From an uncultured Thermoplasmata archaeon (GTDB lineage Archaea; Thermoplasmatota; Thermoplasmata; Halarchaeoplasmatales; Halarchaeoplasmataceae): a stretch of 61,264 nt of DNA. Shown here in pieces: positions 1-9,691 of the stretch (its first letter is position 1; each line of letters begins with the position of its first letter). Where the stretch lies: contig CAYNQI010000002.1 in NCBI GenBank assembly GCA_964399335.1, positions 1 through 61,264 of the forward strand, written 5' to 3'. The notes beneath the pieces were generated by a model. The model had not been told where the DNA came from, ran no database searches, and saw only the letters and a program-made list of their open reading frames with translations. The position numbers and the translations under genes were made by a program.

Positions 1-61
1 TATATTTGTTTGATTTACTATAACTCCAATTGACCAGATTGTCAGACAAGGTGTAGAGTAC

Positions 62-895
62 ATGAAAAAGATACCCACAGGCGTCAGTGATCTAGACTCG
101 ATAATAAAAGGAGGGCTACCAGCAGGATCAGTAGTCTTACTCCTTACAGAAATAGGGGCAGGTGGATTAGAATACCTTTATACATCTTCTGCGAAACTAT
201 TGAGGGTTAAAAAAAGTCCCAGAGATGTGTCGATAATTTTAGGCGATGAATGTAAAGGCTCGATATTACCTGAAGAAGTGTACTATATAACGTTCTCTCG
301 TTCTAAACAAGATATTCTGGAAGAGGTCAAAATCTCTTTCAATCAGGATTATTACGACGCCATAGAAGAGGACCTAAATTTCAAGGATTTCTCTAATTCT
401 TATTTTAGACGTACGATGGTACCAAACAGTTGGACAAGGGAAAACCATCAACCATCGTTGTTTGGTGATGAATCAGATTCTAATATATTAGAGGAATTAG
501 TGGATTTTTTAGAAGAAAAAGCCCCGGAAAACATGGTCATAATCGACTCCCTTACCGATCTACTTACAAACACATCTATAGAAAACGATAAGCTTGTAAC
601 CGTTATCAAGGGAATGAGACGGGCATCAAAAAAATGGGGTGGTGTAATATATCTTCTACTTACTAAAGGTATAATGGATCGAAGCACTGAATATCTACTC
701 ATCGATAGTGTTGACGGAGTTATGAGTTTCGAGTGGTCTAAAAGTCGCCACACATCTAAGCGGCAGAGATACATGTTCTTAGAAAAGTTCATGAGTGTTC
801 TACCTCATTTAAAAAGAGAGAAGATCGCTAGGTTTACAGCAGAAGTAACAGATTTTGCTGGTTACAATGTAGTAAATTATGAAAAGATAAGGTGA
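62..895 (+). CDS. RAD55/KaiC-family RecA-fold ATPase, degenerate Walker A
   Basis: N-terminus IPTGVSDLDSIIKGGLPAGS is KaiC/RAD55-like; Walker B-like VIIDSLT; DSVDGV motif. The Walker A position reads EIGAGGLE with no lysine. Confidence 0.8.
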   Translation: MKKIPTGVSDLDSIIKGGLPAGSVVLLLTEIGAGGLEYLYTSSAKLLRVKKSPRDVSIILGDECKGSILPEEVYYITFSRSKQDILEEVKISFNQDYYDAIEEDLNFKDFSNSYFRRTMVPNSWTRENHQPSLFGDESDSNILEELVDFLEEKAPENMVIIDSLTDLLTNTSIENDKLVTVIKGMRRASKKWGGVIYLLLTKGIMDRSTEYLLIDSVDGVMSFEWSKSRHTSKRQRYMFLEKFMSVLPHLKREKIARFTAEVTDFAGYNVVNYEKIR

Positions 896-900
896 TCAAA

Positions 901-1608
901 ATGGAAGAATATAAAATAGAGCAGGTTGAAACGGGTATAAGTGGTTTAGATGAAATGTTGAAAGGAGGGATACCGAAAGGTCATGTTTTCACGGTCATGG
1001 GTTCTTTCGGTACTGGTAAAACCACTTTTTCACTTCAGTACCTATGGCAGGGTCTCCAAAATAATGAATCCTGTATCTTCATCTCTCTAGAAGAAGATAA
1101 AAAGGCCATACTAGATACTGGTAGATCCTATGGATGGGATTTTGAACCTTATGTCGAAGAAAACAAGATCGCCCTTGAAAGATTGGCACCGGCTGATGCA
1201 GAGGCGACCATCTCTAAATTAAAAAGCGACCTCCCAGCTTTCATAGAATCATTTGATGCAGAACGGATAGCAATAGATTCCGTTTCGCTGCTTAACATGA
1301 TGTCTAATACACCTCAAGAAAAGAGAGATCGGCTTTTCGACCTCTGTAAGATGGTTAAAGATTCAGGCGCAACTACGTTGTTAACGGCCGAAGTAAAAGA
1401 TGACAATCCAAGAAGTTCAAGGGATGGTTTGGTCGAATATACTGCAGATGGTGTGATCTTACTTGGATACAATCAAGCGGACAGCCAGGAAGTACAGATG
1501 AATGTACAGGTCATCAAGATGAGACGTATCGATCATTCGAGAAAAGTAAAGCCTTACGAGATAACTGATCATGGCATCGATGTTCAGACCGAAGGTGCAG
1601 TGTTTTAA
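901..1608 (+). CDS. KaiC-like/RAD55 ATPase (single domain)
   Basis: TGISGLDEMLKGGIP, Walker A GSFGTGKT, FISLEE, IAIDSVS, EYTADGVI, KMRR. GGTGA RBS precedes the ATG at 901. Confidence 0.88.
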   Translation: MEEYKIEQVETGISGLDEMLKGGIPKGHVFTVMGSFGTGKTTFSLQYLWQGLQNNESCIFISLEEDKKAILDTGRSYGWDFEPYVEENKIALERLAPADAEATISKLKSDLPAFIESFDAERIAIDSVSLLNMMSNTPQEKRDRLFDLCKMVKDSGATTLLTAEVKDDNPRSSRDGLVEYTADGVILLGYNQADSQEVQMNVQVIKMRRIDHSRKVKPYEITDHGIDVQTEGAVF

Positions 1609-1625
1609 AAAAAGGTGTGGAAAGA

Positions 1626-2642
1626 ATGGGTACAGCCATCGGAGATATAGTTGAATCTAAAGAGATCGATTTCGAAGATCTAAAAGGTAAGATCATAGCT
1701 GTAGATGCCTATAACATAATCTATCAATTTTTATCGAGTATAAGACAGAGGGATGGCACCCCTCTTAAAGATTCAAATGGAAACATCACTTCACATCTCT
1801 CGGGTATATTGTACAGGAATTCGAACCTTATCCAAGAGGGGATCAAACTGATCTATGTTTTCGACGGTAAACCAGACATAATGAAAGAGGGAACTTTAGA
1901 GAAAAGAAAGGAAAGAAAAGAGAAGGCTGACTCAGAATATGAAGAAGCCTTAGAAAGGGGGGATCTAGAAACCGCTAGAACAAAGGCACAACAGACATCT
2001 AGGATGAGCGACGAGATCGAAAACAGCAGTAAAGAATTACTCGATGCACTAGGTATACCCTATATTCAAGCTCCGGCGGAGGGAGAGAACCAGGCAGCCC
2101 ATATGGTTAAGAAAGGGGATGCATGGGCAGTAGGCAGCCAGGATTTCGATTCCTTGTTAGTAGGTGCTGATAGATTGGTAAGAAATTTAACAGTATCTGG
2201 AAAAAGAAAACTCCCAGGTCGGAATGAATACAAAGAGATCAAACCTGAGTTGATAAGTCTAGAAAAAATGCTTGATGAACTTGGGGTCACAAGGGAACAA
2301 CTCGTAGATATCGCTTTATTATGTGGAACTGATTACAATGAGGGTGTTAAAGGTATAGGTCCTAAGAGGGGATTAAAGTACGTAAAAAAGTACGGTGATA
2401 TTGAGCAGGTTTTAAAGGAAAAAGACGAAACAATAAACAATGTTCAGGAGATCAAAGCACTGTTTTTGGAACCGAAAGTCACAGAGGATTATGATATAAC
2501 TTTCAAAGACCCAGATATCAACAAAGTTAAAAAGTTCCTATGTGATGAACACGAATTTTCAGAATCCAGGGTCGATAAAGCTCTAGAGAAGATCATAGAA
2601 GGAAGAGATATGGATAAACAGACTTCCTTGACCTCTTTCTAA
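1626..2642 (+). CDS. fen: Flap endonuclease-1
   Basis: IAVDAYN, TSHLSG, YVFDGKP, APAEGE, SQDFDSLL, GTDYNEGVKGIGPK, and C-terminal PIP box KQTSLTSF. Confidence 0.97.
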   Translation: MGTAIGDIVESKEIDFEDLKGKIIAVDAYNIIYQFLSSIRQRDGTPLKDSNGNITSHLSGILYRNSNLIQEGIKLIYVFDGKPDIMKEGTLEKRKERKEKADSEYEEALERGDLETARTKAQQTSRMSDEIENSSKELLDALGIPYIQAPAEGENQAAHMVKKGDAWAVGSQDFDSLLVGADRLVRNLTVSGKRKLPGRNEYKEIKPELISLEKMLDELGVTREQLVDIALLCGTDYNEGVKGIGPKRGLKYVKKYGDIEQVLKEKDETINNVQEIKALFLEPKVTEDYDITFKDPDINKVKKFLCDEHEFSESRVDKALEKIIEGRDMDKQTSLTSF

Positions 2643-2643
2643 T

Positions 2644-5600
2644 TCAACAGAATTCGTCTAAGCTAGGTGTGGAAACTTTATCGTTATCGAACAATGAGTT
2701 TATCTGCATCTCTAATTGTTCGATCCTCTGTTTAAGATATGGTGGAAGATCGAACCTTTCAGTCATCTCGATAGTCGTTCTAAGATACTTTTTTACGCTA
2801 CCTTCATGTACTGTTAAAGTTAGATTACCCCCGCATTGACATTCTCCACTCAGAGGGGGTCGTCTATATTTTCTATTACAACTAGTACATCTAGTCTCTT
2901 GAACACAGAATTTGTTAAGGTTTCCAATAAGGTCGGGTATGAAATGTGCTCCTATCACCCTACTCACAACATCTGTTGCATCAACCGCACGGATCATCTT
3001 AGCCACTTTAAGCTGTGCTTCCATCTTCTCAGTCATCTTGTCAAGTCTAGTGTATCGACTTCCGATGGGGCCCTCGGAGATATTCAATGTTTCATGAGTA
3101 TACCCAAATCCTTCGTATTGTTTTTCAGTGTGAAGTCTCTCTTCAACTATATCCATCATATCGACCAGTTCTTTCGGATTGGGATACTCGAAGGTCTTTT
3201 CGTAGAATTCTAAGGGGTACTTCCATAAGCAATCTACGTTATGGGCTTCGCTGTCGATCTCATCCGGGTTGATCTTAGTGGTTAACACTAGAGGGGCATC
3301 CATCTTTCCTCCCCTCTTTTCAGGTAAAAACTTTTGTGAGAAATTCAGCAGCCCATCCATAAGCAGCATGATACAGTCTTCGTCGCCGTCACACTGGCCG
3401 ACATACAAATCATTAGCTACTAAAGTGTGATTATCGTTAACAGTGAGTGAGTAAACATAATCATCAGAATTTTTTACTATCTTTTTATCTACAATCTCAT
3501 CAAACCAAATGTTGCAGTTATCTGTCATCAGACGTTGGGTTCCAACAGATGTATTTTCTAAGGAATCTTTAAGGGAGTTTGATTTTCTATTTGTGTCGAA
3601 ACCAATTTCTTTTTTAAATTTGACTATGTTTTTTGAAGTTATTTTAATTATGTGAGCTGTAAATATTTTATCAGTATGATCTATTCCTTTTTCCTCGTAG
3701 AATTCTTTAACTATTCCACTTGGGTCTCTTTCTTCTTTATATAGTTTTGAGTTTATTCCAAATCTCTTCAAGGAATAAATTATCTCATCTGCAAGTCTTT
3801 TACTTACTGTACTAGCTCTAATATCTAATCTTTTCGAGGAGGTTGTACCATCCCCTGAAAAATAACCAGAAAGAAAACTAGATAGACAACGTTTATTAGA
3901 TAAAAGTATTTGAGTAGGGATCTTTTTATTTTTTGCTTTATTTCCAGTACCAAGAACATTATTGAATAAGAAATATATCAGTTTACTTGAAGCTGTTATT
4001 TTCCATTCATTTTCTTCAAATGCATTTATACCTAGTTTATGTTTATATACTTTTTTTAAAAAATCTCTTGAATCTCTATCAGGTATACAAATCGTGACCT
4101 GATAAAAATTTCCTTTCTTTTTTCTAGCAAATCCTTCTGCAGTATAATATCCAATCAGTTTGCTAAAATCCTCGTCTATAGTAATATATCTATTAATGCT
4201 AATTTCGTCCCTTTTACTACCTAACTTTATTTCTTCTGGTAGAATCTCAAAAGTCTGATCCCCAAATATCTTTTTCATTATCCAATATGGAAAGCTACAC
4301 CTTTGGATATAACTAGAAATTGTTTTTTTATTAATGCCAGTCTCTTCGGATAATTTTTTAAGATAAGAGTTAGTAGAAAATTTTTGTCTAAAGGTACTTT
4401 TTAGAAAATCTGATGAAATAGATCTTATCATTATTGTTTCTTCAATATCAGGTATTTTTGATAATTCTTTTAGTAGATCAATTTTATTCTCTTTACCCTC
4501 CATCTCTATTTTTTTGGGCGAAGGAATCAAATCACCTTCCTCTAAATCGAAGGCACGGTAAAATTCGATTTTATCTCCGGCTTTTAACATCTTGTGTTGA
4601 GGGGTGACTTTAAGCTCACGTCCAGATCTTGTTTTAAATTCAATATAATGATTAGGGGCGGGATGTTTAGAAACACAGGACACTTTCATCAAAGACTCTT
4701 CACCATCTTTAGAGATTGATGGGACAAATAAGTTATCCATACCTTTATACTCGGTTCCAAAATCGTCATATTTTGTATCCCCCCGGGTAAGTTCTTTTTC
4801 AACTATCTCTTCAATTGGCTTCAATGTCCAATCGCCCTTAGATTTAATCCATAATTTGGTATCCGGGGAAAAACAATTCCTCCGCTTTGCAGCATGGAAG
4901 AATGGATGAGCGTATCCCGCCTTTCCTTCATGATAACCGATCAATCTTCCCAGGACCCCACCAGAAGTATGAGGTGCTAATCCGACAACTAGTTCACCGA
5001 TGAGGTCCTCCTTTCTTTCAGCTTCGTAGAAAGGGTCTATATCATAGTATTTTTCAAGTAGATCATCAACGAATTTAGCTATCTTGACTAAATACATCCC
5101 CGCAGCCCTAGATGCGATAAAATCCTGGGTTTTCAACTCTAACATTTGATCCGAATCTTCTAACGGTTCTCCATGGATGTCTTTCTTATAACCTAATTTT
5201 CTAGCTTTATCAACACTGAGTCCGATCTCTTCAGGTTTAAAATGAGTGACTGGAAGGTCTGTCATGTCATATCGGCAGGTGCCGTCTTTAAAGACCCAGA
5301 TGTTGTGTTTAGCCCTTAAGATCGCCTTTTCAAGTGCCTCTGGGGTCTTCTCCTTGGTCATTAGTCCTTTGACACCTTTAACCCTCTTAACATTCCCGCC
5401 CTCTCCTATGTTCCTTAGTGCTTCTCTGTATTTACTAGCCATATCTAACTTCTGTTTCTTTGGACCACCGTTTCCCATGTCATTTTCCAATAATTCCCTC
5501 CTCCCTCCACAGGTACACCTGATCTGGGCACCACTCTTGCCGCATTTACTACACCTCCTGGCACTGACCTCGACTTCTATTATCCCGTTCTCCACTGCTT

Positions 5601-7398
5601 TATTGACTAATCTCTGATTTCCTCCGGCGCTACCCAAAGGAAACAGCCCGTGTACCGGTGGGTTCATTTTCCTTTCTTTAGTTTTTTCCGGTCTAGCCAT
5701 CCTTGCGCCGATGGTGGTTGGGGCCTTGCTGCGGATCTTGACGCCCGATAACTCAGAAAGATACTCAATGAGATCCTCCTTTTGACTTTCTCCGTGAAGT
5801 TCAAGATCACCCTCTTCGATTCCAAGTGTGAACAAGAAGGGGCGATAAATCTCGACATATATTTCGTCATCCTTCAATTCATGAGGAAGACCGATATCTT
5901 CTAAAATTTTCTTTATCTCTTCATCGTTAGAAATGTACAAACCTTCATCGATACGTGAATTATCACTTACAAACTCCCTCAATCTCCGTAGTTCCGATAC
6001 CCCCACATAATCCCAGAAATAGATATATTTTGGATGTAAGGGATAGCCTTGTTCTCGACTCAATTCTACGGCTTTTTCAGGAGTCATCTCATCTTCATTC
6101 AATTCCACATCCACTTCCTGGATCCACCATTCGTGACAGTATGCAGCAGGGACCAGTGGATGATTGTTCTCCAAAAATTCGCCATAGGGTATAAGCATCT
6201 CTCCTAGGTCCAGTATCTCTTTGACCTTGCTGGTAACCTCTTTAGCCTCTTCATAATTATCTATCCTCTTTACTTTTCCATTATGGAAAAGTACCGTTGG
6301 CCCTTCGATAGTATCGCAAGGGGTTACCGCTCCAGCCTTACCGGGCCTTTCGATCTTGATCTGGGTTCCCAAGGCCATAAACTCATCGGTCAAAAACATG
6401 ACTGCTGGATTGACAGCTATAGCAGCTAAACCAAGTGTTCTACTCCTCCCATATCTCAATCTGAATCCACCCTTAACACTAGGATGGCCAAATACCGGTC
6501 TACCGGCGATGGTATCTTTTATGTACTTGAAATTTGGAGATATTCCTTCTTGTTTTTCATCGTCTGAGTCTTTTTTACTTGAAGCGAATTTTTCTATATA
6601 CTCGTCGATAAATTCCCATCCCTCGATGTCCAATTTATCTACGTATTTCTTCAATTTTTGTGCTTTAAGACACATCCCCTCGGCAAGGACCAAACATGCC
6701 CCACCTCTTACTCGATTTGTATCTACTCTAGGAAGGTTCCTATTTCCAGATACCTCTTCACTTTCAGTCCCTTCACCACTGATACTTATGGGACAACCTT
6801 TAACGATGACTTCTATCTCTTCAGCAGAAGGAGTGTATTGTAAACTTCTAGTTTTTTTGTAAAGGGGTACTTCTTCTTTGAACCTTTGTACCTCCCCCGT
6901 GGTGGCCTTGTAAGAACCGATGCCCAATTCCCTCCTGACCACATCCGCTATGAGTACACTCATAGCCTGACCGGTACCACCGGCTGAACGTATGGGACCT
7001 GCGAAGGAAAGCTCTACGTAATTTGTCCCGTCGCTGTTGTCTTTGATATCTAATCCTCCGATCCCCTCTAGTGGTGCGACGAGAATACCTTCCGTTAGAA
7101 CAGCCAAACCTATCCTCACAGCATCTTCCAAGCGCTCTTTTACAGATCCCTCATCTCTATTGGCGACTTCCCTTGCTATGTGTATGGATACTTCCTCACG
7201 GTCATATTCTTCACTCAATTCCCTGATCTTTTCGGCAGTATTCTTGACTCCTGTCAATTCCTGAGCTCTCAGGGCCAAATCCTCCGCCATGGGTATTTCT
7301 ACATCTTGTTCCGGATCGTAACCTTTACCTCTAGCTTCCCTAGCTACCGCATATGCCTTTAATGCAGACTGCTCAAGTTCATCAAAATAAGATTTCAT
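2644..7398 (-). CDS. polC: DNA polymerase II (PolD) large subunit DP2, intein-containing
   Basis: FAGPIRSAGGT, GGFRLRYGRSR, RMARPEK, DGTCRYD, HAAKRRN//CDGDED, KRGGKMDAPL, C-terminal Zn finger CTSC...CQC, PIP-like SLDEF end. Confidence 0.97.
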   Translation of the reverse strand: MKSYFDELEQSALKAYAVAREARGKGYDPEQDVEIPMAEDLALRAQELTGVKNTAEKIRELSEEYDREEVSIHIAREVANRDEGSVKERLEDAVRIGLAVLTEGILVAPLEGIGGLDIKDNSDGTNYVELSFAGPIRSAGGTGQAMSVLIADVVRRELGIGSYKATTGEVQRFKEEVPLYKKTRSLQYTPSAEEIEVIVKGCPISISGEGTESEEVSGNRNLPRVDTNRVRGGACLVLAEGMCLKAQKLKKYVDKLDIEGWEFIDEYIEKFASSKKDSDDEKQEGISPNFKYIKDTIAGRPVFGHPSVKGGFRLRYGRSRTLGLAAIAVNPAVMFLTDEFMALGTQIKIERPGKAGAVTPCDTIEGPTVLFHNGKVKRIDNYEEAKEVTSKVKEILDLGEMLIPYGEFLENNHPLVPAAYCHEWWIQEVDVELNEDEMTPEKAVELSREQGYPLHPKYIYFWDYVGVSELRRLREFVSDNSRIDEGLYISNDEEIKKILEDIGLPHELKDDEIYVEIYRPFLFTLGIEEGDLELHGESQKEDLIEYLSELSGVKIRSKAPTTIGARMARPEKTKERKMNPPVHGLFPLGSAGGNQRLVNKAVENGIIEVEVSARRCSKCGKSGAQIRCTCGGRRELLENDMGNGGPKKQKLDMASKYREALRNIGEGGNVKRVKGVKGLMTKEKTPEALEKAILRAKHNIWVFKDGTCRYDMTDLPVTHFKPEEIGLSVDKARKLGYKKDIHGEPLEDSDQMLELKTQDFIASRAAGMYLVKIAKFVDDLLEKYYDIDPFYEAERKEDLIGELVVGLAPHTSGGVLGRLIGYHEGKAGYAHPFFHAAKRRNCFSPDTKLWIKSKGDWTLKPIEEIVEKELTRGDTKYDDFGTEYKGMDNLFVPSISKDGEESLMKVSCVSKHPAPNHYIEFKTRSGRELKVTPQHKMLKAGDKIEFYRAFDLEEGDLIPSPKKIEMEGKENKIDLLKELSKIPDIEETIMIRSISSDFLKSTFRQKFSTNSYLKKLSEETGINKKTISSYIQRCSFPYWIMKKIFGDQTFEILPEEIKLGSKRDEISINRYITIDEDFSKLIGYYTAEGFARKKKGNFYQVTICIPDRDSRDFLKKVYKHKLGINAFEENEWKITASSKLIYFLFNNVLGTGNKAKNKKIPTQILLSNKRCLSSFLSGYFSGDGTTSSKRLDIRASTVSKRLADEIIYSLKRFGINSKLYKEERDPSGIVKEFYEEKGIDHTDKIFTAHIIKITSKNIVKFKKEIGFDTNRKSNSLKDSLENTSVGTQRLMTDNCNIWFDEIVDKKIVKNSDDYVYSLTVNDNHTLVANDLYVGQCDGDEDCIMLLMDGLLNFSQKFLPEKRGGKMDAPLVLTTKINPDEIDSEAHNVDCLWKYPLEFYEKTFEYPNPKELVDMMDIVEERLHTEKQYEGFGYTHETLNISEGPIGSRYTRLDKMTEKMEAQLKVAKMIRAVDATDVVSRVIGAHFIPDLIGNLNKFCVQETRCTSCNRKYRRPPLSGECQCGGNLTLTVHEGSVKKYLRTTIEMTERFDLPPYLKQRIEQLEMQINSLFDNDKVSTPSLDEFC
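3394..4875 (-). mobile_element. Intein (494 aa) with LAGLIDADG homing endonuclease in polC
   Basis: Splits RRN|CDGDED. Begins CFSPDT and ends NHTLVANDLYVGQ before the extein Cys. Block B LKVTPQHK; LAGLIDADG-like motifs LIGYYTAEG and FLSGYFSGDG. Visibly more AT- and Lys-rich than the flanking exteins. Confidence 0.95.
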
Positions 7399-7567
7399 CT
7401 CGTCTGAAAGCGCTAGTTCAGCCGTGTTGACCCCTCCATTTCTGCATTGTGACCTCTGTTCATATTACGATAAAACTCCAAGTAAGATGGTGTTATTAAA
7501 CCTTACTGGTTCGGAATTTTATAGGCCTTTAGAAATTGATAAATAATAATTTAACGTATGTATAACT

Positions 7568-8398
7568 ATGAGTTTTCGGGGTGTAGAAGAAATAATTCGA
7601 GATAACAAAAAAGGAGCTTTCGAACTTCTCTTTGAAACCGGGGAAAGTATAATCTCTTTAAATCCTGATGAGGCAAAAAAGTATGCTATAGAATTAGTTC
7701 AAGGTCGTTGTTCCATGTCCCCTTTGGTTAACCTTGCTAATGAAACGTTTAAAGCCATTAAAAAGGGAAATCATAGGGAGTCGATCAAAGATTATCTTCT
7801 CGATGTTGAACAATCCAAAAGGAAAGTGATCAACAAAGCTCAAGACATTGTAAGTGAATTCAACAACATAGGAACTCTAAGCTACAGTTCTACGGTGATC
7901 GAAGTTTTAAGAAATTCTCAAAAAGTTTCAGTTCTAGAATCAAGACCTTTATTCGAAGGGAGAAAGACCGCAGAGAAACTTTGTAATGAAGGTGTGGATG
8001 TGAACTTTTATCCCGACCCAGCAATTTGCGATATGGTTTTCAAAATCGATGCACTACTCGTAGGATGTGATTCCATCTCCAATGAAGCATTTACTAACAA
8101 AACAGGTACCCATGCTGCTGTTATAGTTTGTCAACATCTTAAAAAACCGGTTTATGTGGTCTCGGACTCATCTAAGATACTTCCAAAGGGCATTCCTCTT
8201 CATTTTGAAGAACACCACGATCCGAAGGAAGTTTGGGAAACCGAATTAGATATAACTATCCATAACAAATATTTCGAAAAAATTCCATGGATGGACCACA
8301 TAAAATTGATCACTGAAAATGGAATCATAGAGAAAAAGGAAAAAATTCAGAGAGAAGGGGTTTCTGAAAAGTTGCTAAAACACTACCCTATGGAGTGA
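7568..8398 (+). CDS. eIF-2B alpha/beta/delta-family (IF-2B domain) protein
   Basis: TLSYSSTV, VLESRPLFEG, ALLVGCDSI, NKTGT and VSDSSKI motifs of the IF-2B/R15P-isomerase fold. Confidence 0.8.
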   Translation: MSFRGVEEIIRDNKKGAFELLFETGESIISLNPDEAKKYAIELVQGRCSMSPLVNLANETFKAIKKGNHRESIKDYLLDVEQSKRKVINKAQDIVSEFNNIGTLSYSSTVIEVLRNSQKVSVLESRPLFEGRKTAEKLCNEGVDVNFYPDPAICDMVFKIDALLVGCDSISNEAFTNKTGTHAAVIVCQHLKKPVYVVSDSSKILPKGIPLHFEEHHDPKEVWETELDITIHNKYFEKIPWMDHIKLITENGIIEKKEKIQREGVSEKLLKHYPME

Positions 8399-9638
8399 TA
8401 AGTGTCTCTTTTATTTCTCCATTCTTTTCCTTGAGTTTGACTTCTTCCCTTATCACTTCGGCTAACCTTTCGATACCAGTCCATATCTCTTCTTCAGAGG
8501 AATGGGTGAAGTTCAATCTCATCGTGTTATGTCCGTTATCCTCTACGTAGAAGGCATCCCCAACTACGTAAGCCACTTTTTTCTCGATGGCTTTTTCGAA
8601 CATCTCCCTAGTATCGATATTTTCTGGTAGTTTTGCCCATATGAACATGCCGCCTTCTGGTCTGTTCCATTCTACGTGATCCGGCATGTACTTCTCCATG
8701 GCATCCAACATAGCCAATCTTTTTTCATTATACAATTCTTTGATGTACTCTAGATGTTCATCAAGTACGCCTTCTGATACGTATTTGTATGCTACATATT
8801 GACCGAATGGATTTGTACATAAATCAGTAGCTTGTTTAGCAATGACCATCTTATCTATGAAATCTTTCGGTCCTACACACCAGGCTATCCTAAATCCAGG
8901 TGCTAAAATCTTAGAGAATGTTTGAAGCCTAACGACCCTATCTTCATCGTCTAAAGACATCAAATGTGGTTGAGGTGAACCCTCGTAGCGAAGATAAGAA
9001 TAAGGAGAATCTTCGACTACTAAAACGTCGTGTTCAGATGCTATGTCAAGTAATCTTCTTCTCTTATCACCTGGGATGGTAGCTCCAGATGGATTCTGGA
9101 AAGTTGGAACCAAATACAAAAATTTGGGTTTGCATCCTTCTTTCTCTAGTTGAGTCAACTTCTCATCTAGAAGATCCATATCCATGCCATCTTCTTGTAC
9201 TGGCACAGTTTCCATATGGCCCTGGAAAGCTCTAAAAGCGCCCGTAGCTCCCAAATACGTTGGTGAACCAACAACGATAGTGTCACCGGGATTTAGTAAT
9301 ATCTTGCTGATAAGGTCTAGGGCCTGCTGAGAACCGTGGGTTATCAAAATATTTTCCTTATCTACATCCATACCCCTTTTCGTCATCTCTTCAGCAAGTA
9401 CTTCTCTCAAAGGCGTTATACCTTCAGTAGAACCATACTGCATCACACTTTCTGGCATATCATCCATGAGCTCGTTTATCAGCCTGCGTGTACTTTCTAC
9501 AGGAAAGGCATCTGGATTTGGTAATCCCCCCGCGAAAGAGATAATACCCGGTTTTTGAGTTAACTTGAGCAGTTCTCTTATCTCAGAGGTTTTCATGGAT
9601 TTTGCTCTTTCCGAAAATATATCATTGCATTTCACCAT
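8388..9638 (-). CDS. PLP-dependent class I/II aminotransferase (aromatic/2-aminoadipate type)
   Basis: SEIRELLK...ISFAGGLP, QYGSTEG, FQNPSG, EDSPY, TFSKILAPGFRIAW (PLP lysine), PEGGMF, MRLNF. Start moved to ATG 9638. Confidence 0.9.
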   Translation of the reverse strand: MVKCNDIFSERAKSMKTSEIRELLKLTQKPGIISFAGGLPNPDAFPVESTRRLINELMDDMPESVMQYGSTEGITPLREVLAEEMTKRGMDVDKENILITHGSQQALDLISKILLNPGDTIVVGSPTYLGATGAFRAFQGHMETVPVQEDGMDMDLLDEKLTQLEKEGCKPKFLYLVPTFQNPSGATIPGDKRRRLLDIASEHDVLVVEDSPYSYLRYEGSPQPHLMSLDDEDRVVRLQTFSKILAPGFRIAWCVGPKDFIDKMVIAKQATDLCTNPFGQYVAYKYVSEGVLDEHLEYIKELYNEKRLAMLDAMEKYMPDHVEWNRPEGGMFIWAKLPENIDTREMFEKAIEKKVAYVVGDAFYVEDNGHNTMRLNFTHSSEEEIWTGIERLAEVIREEVKLKEKNGEIKETLITP

Positions 9639-9691
9639 ATATATCAGCAATTTAAGAAAAGAGCGCCCTATCTTATTATTTTCGGTCATCT

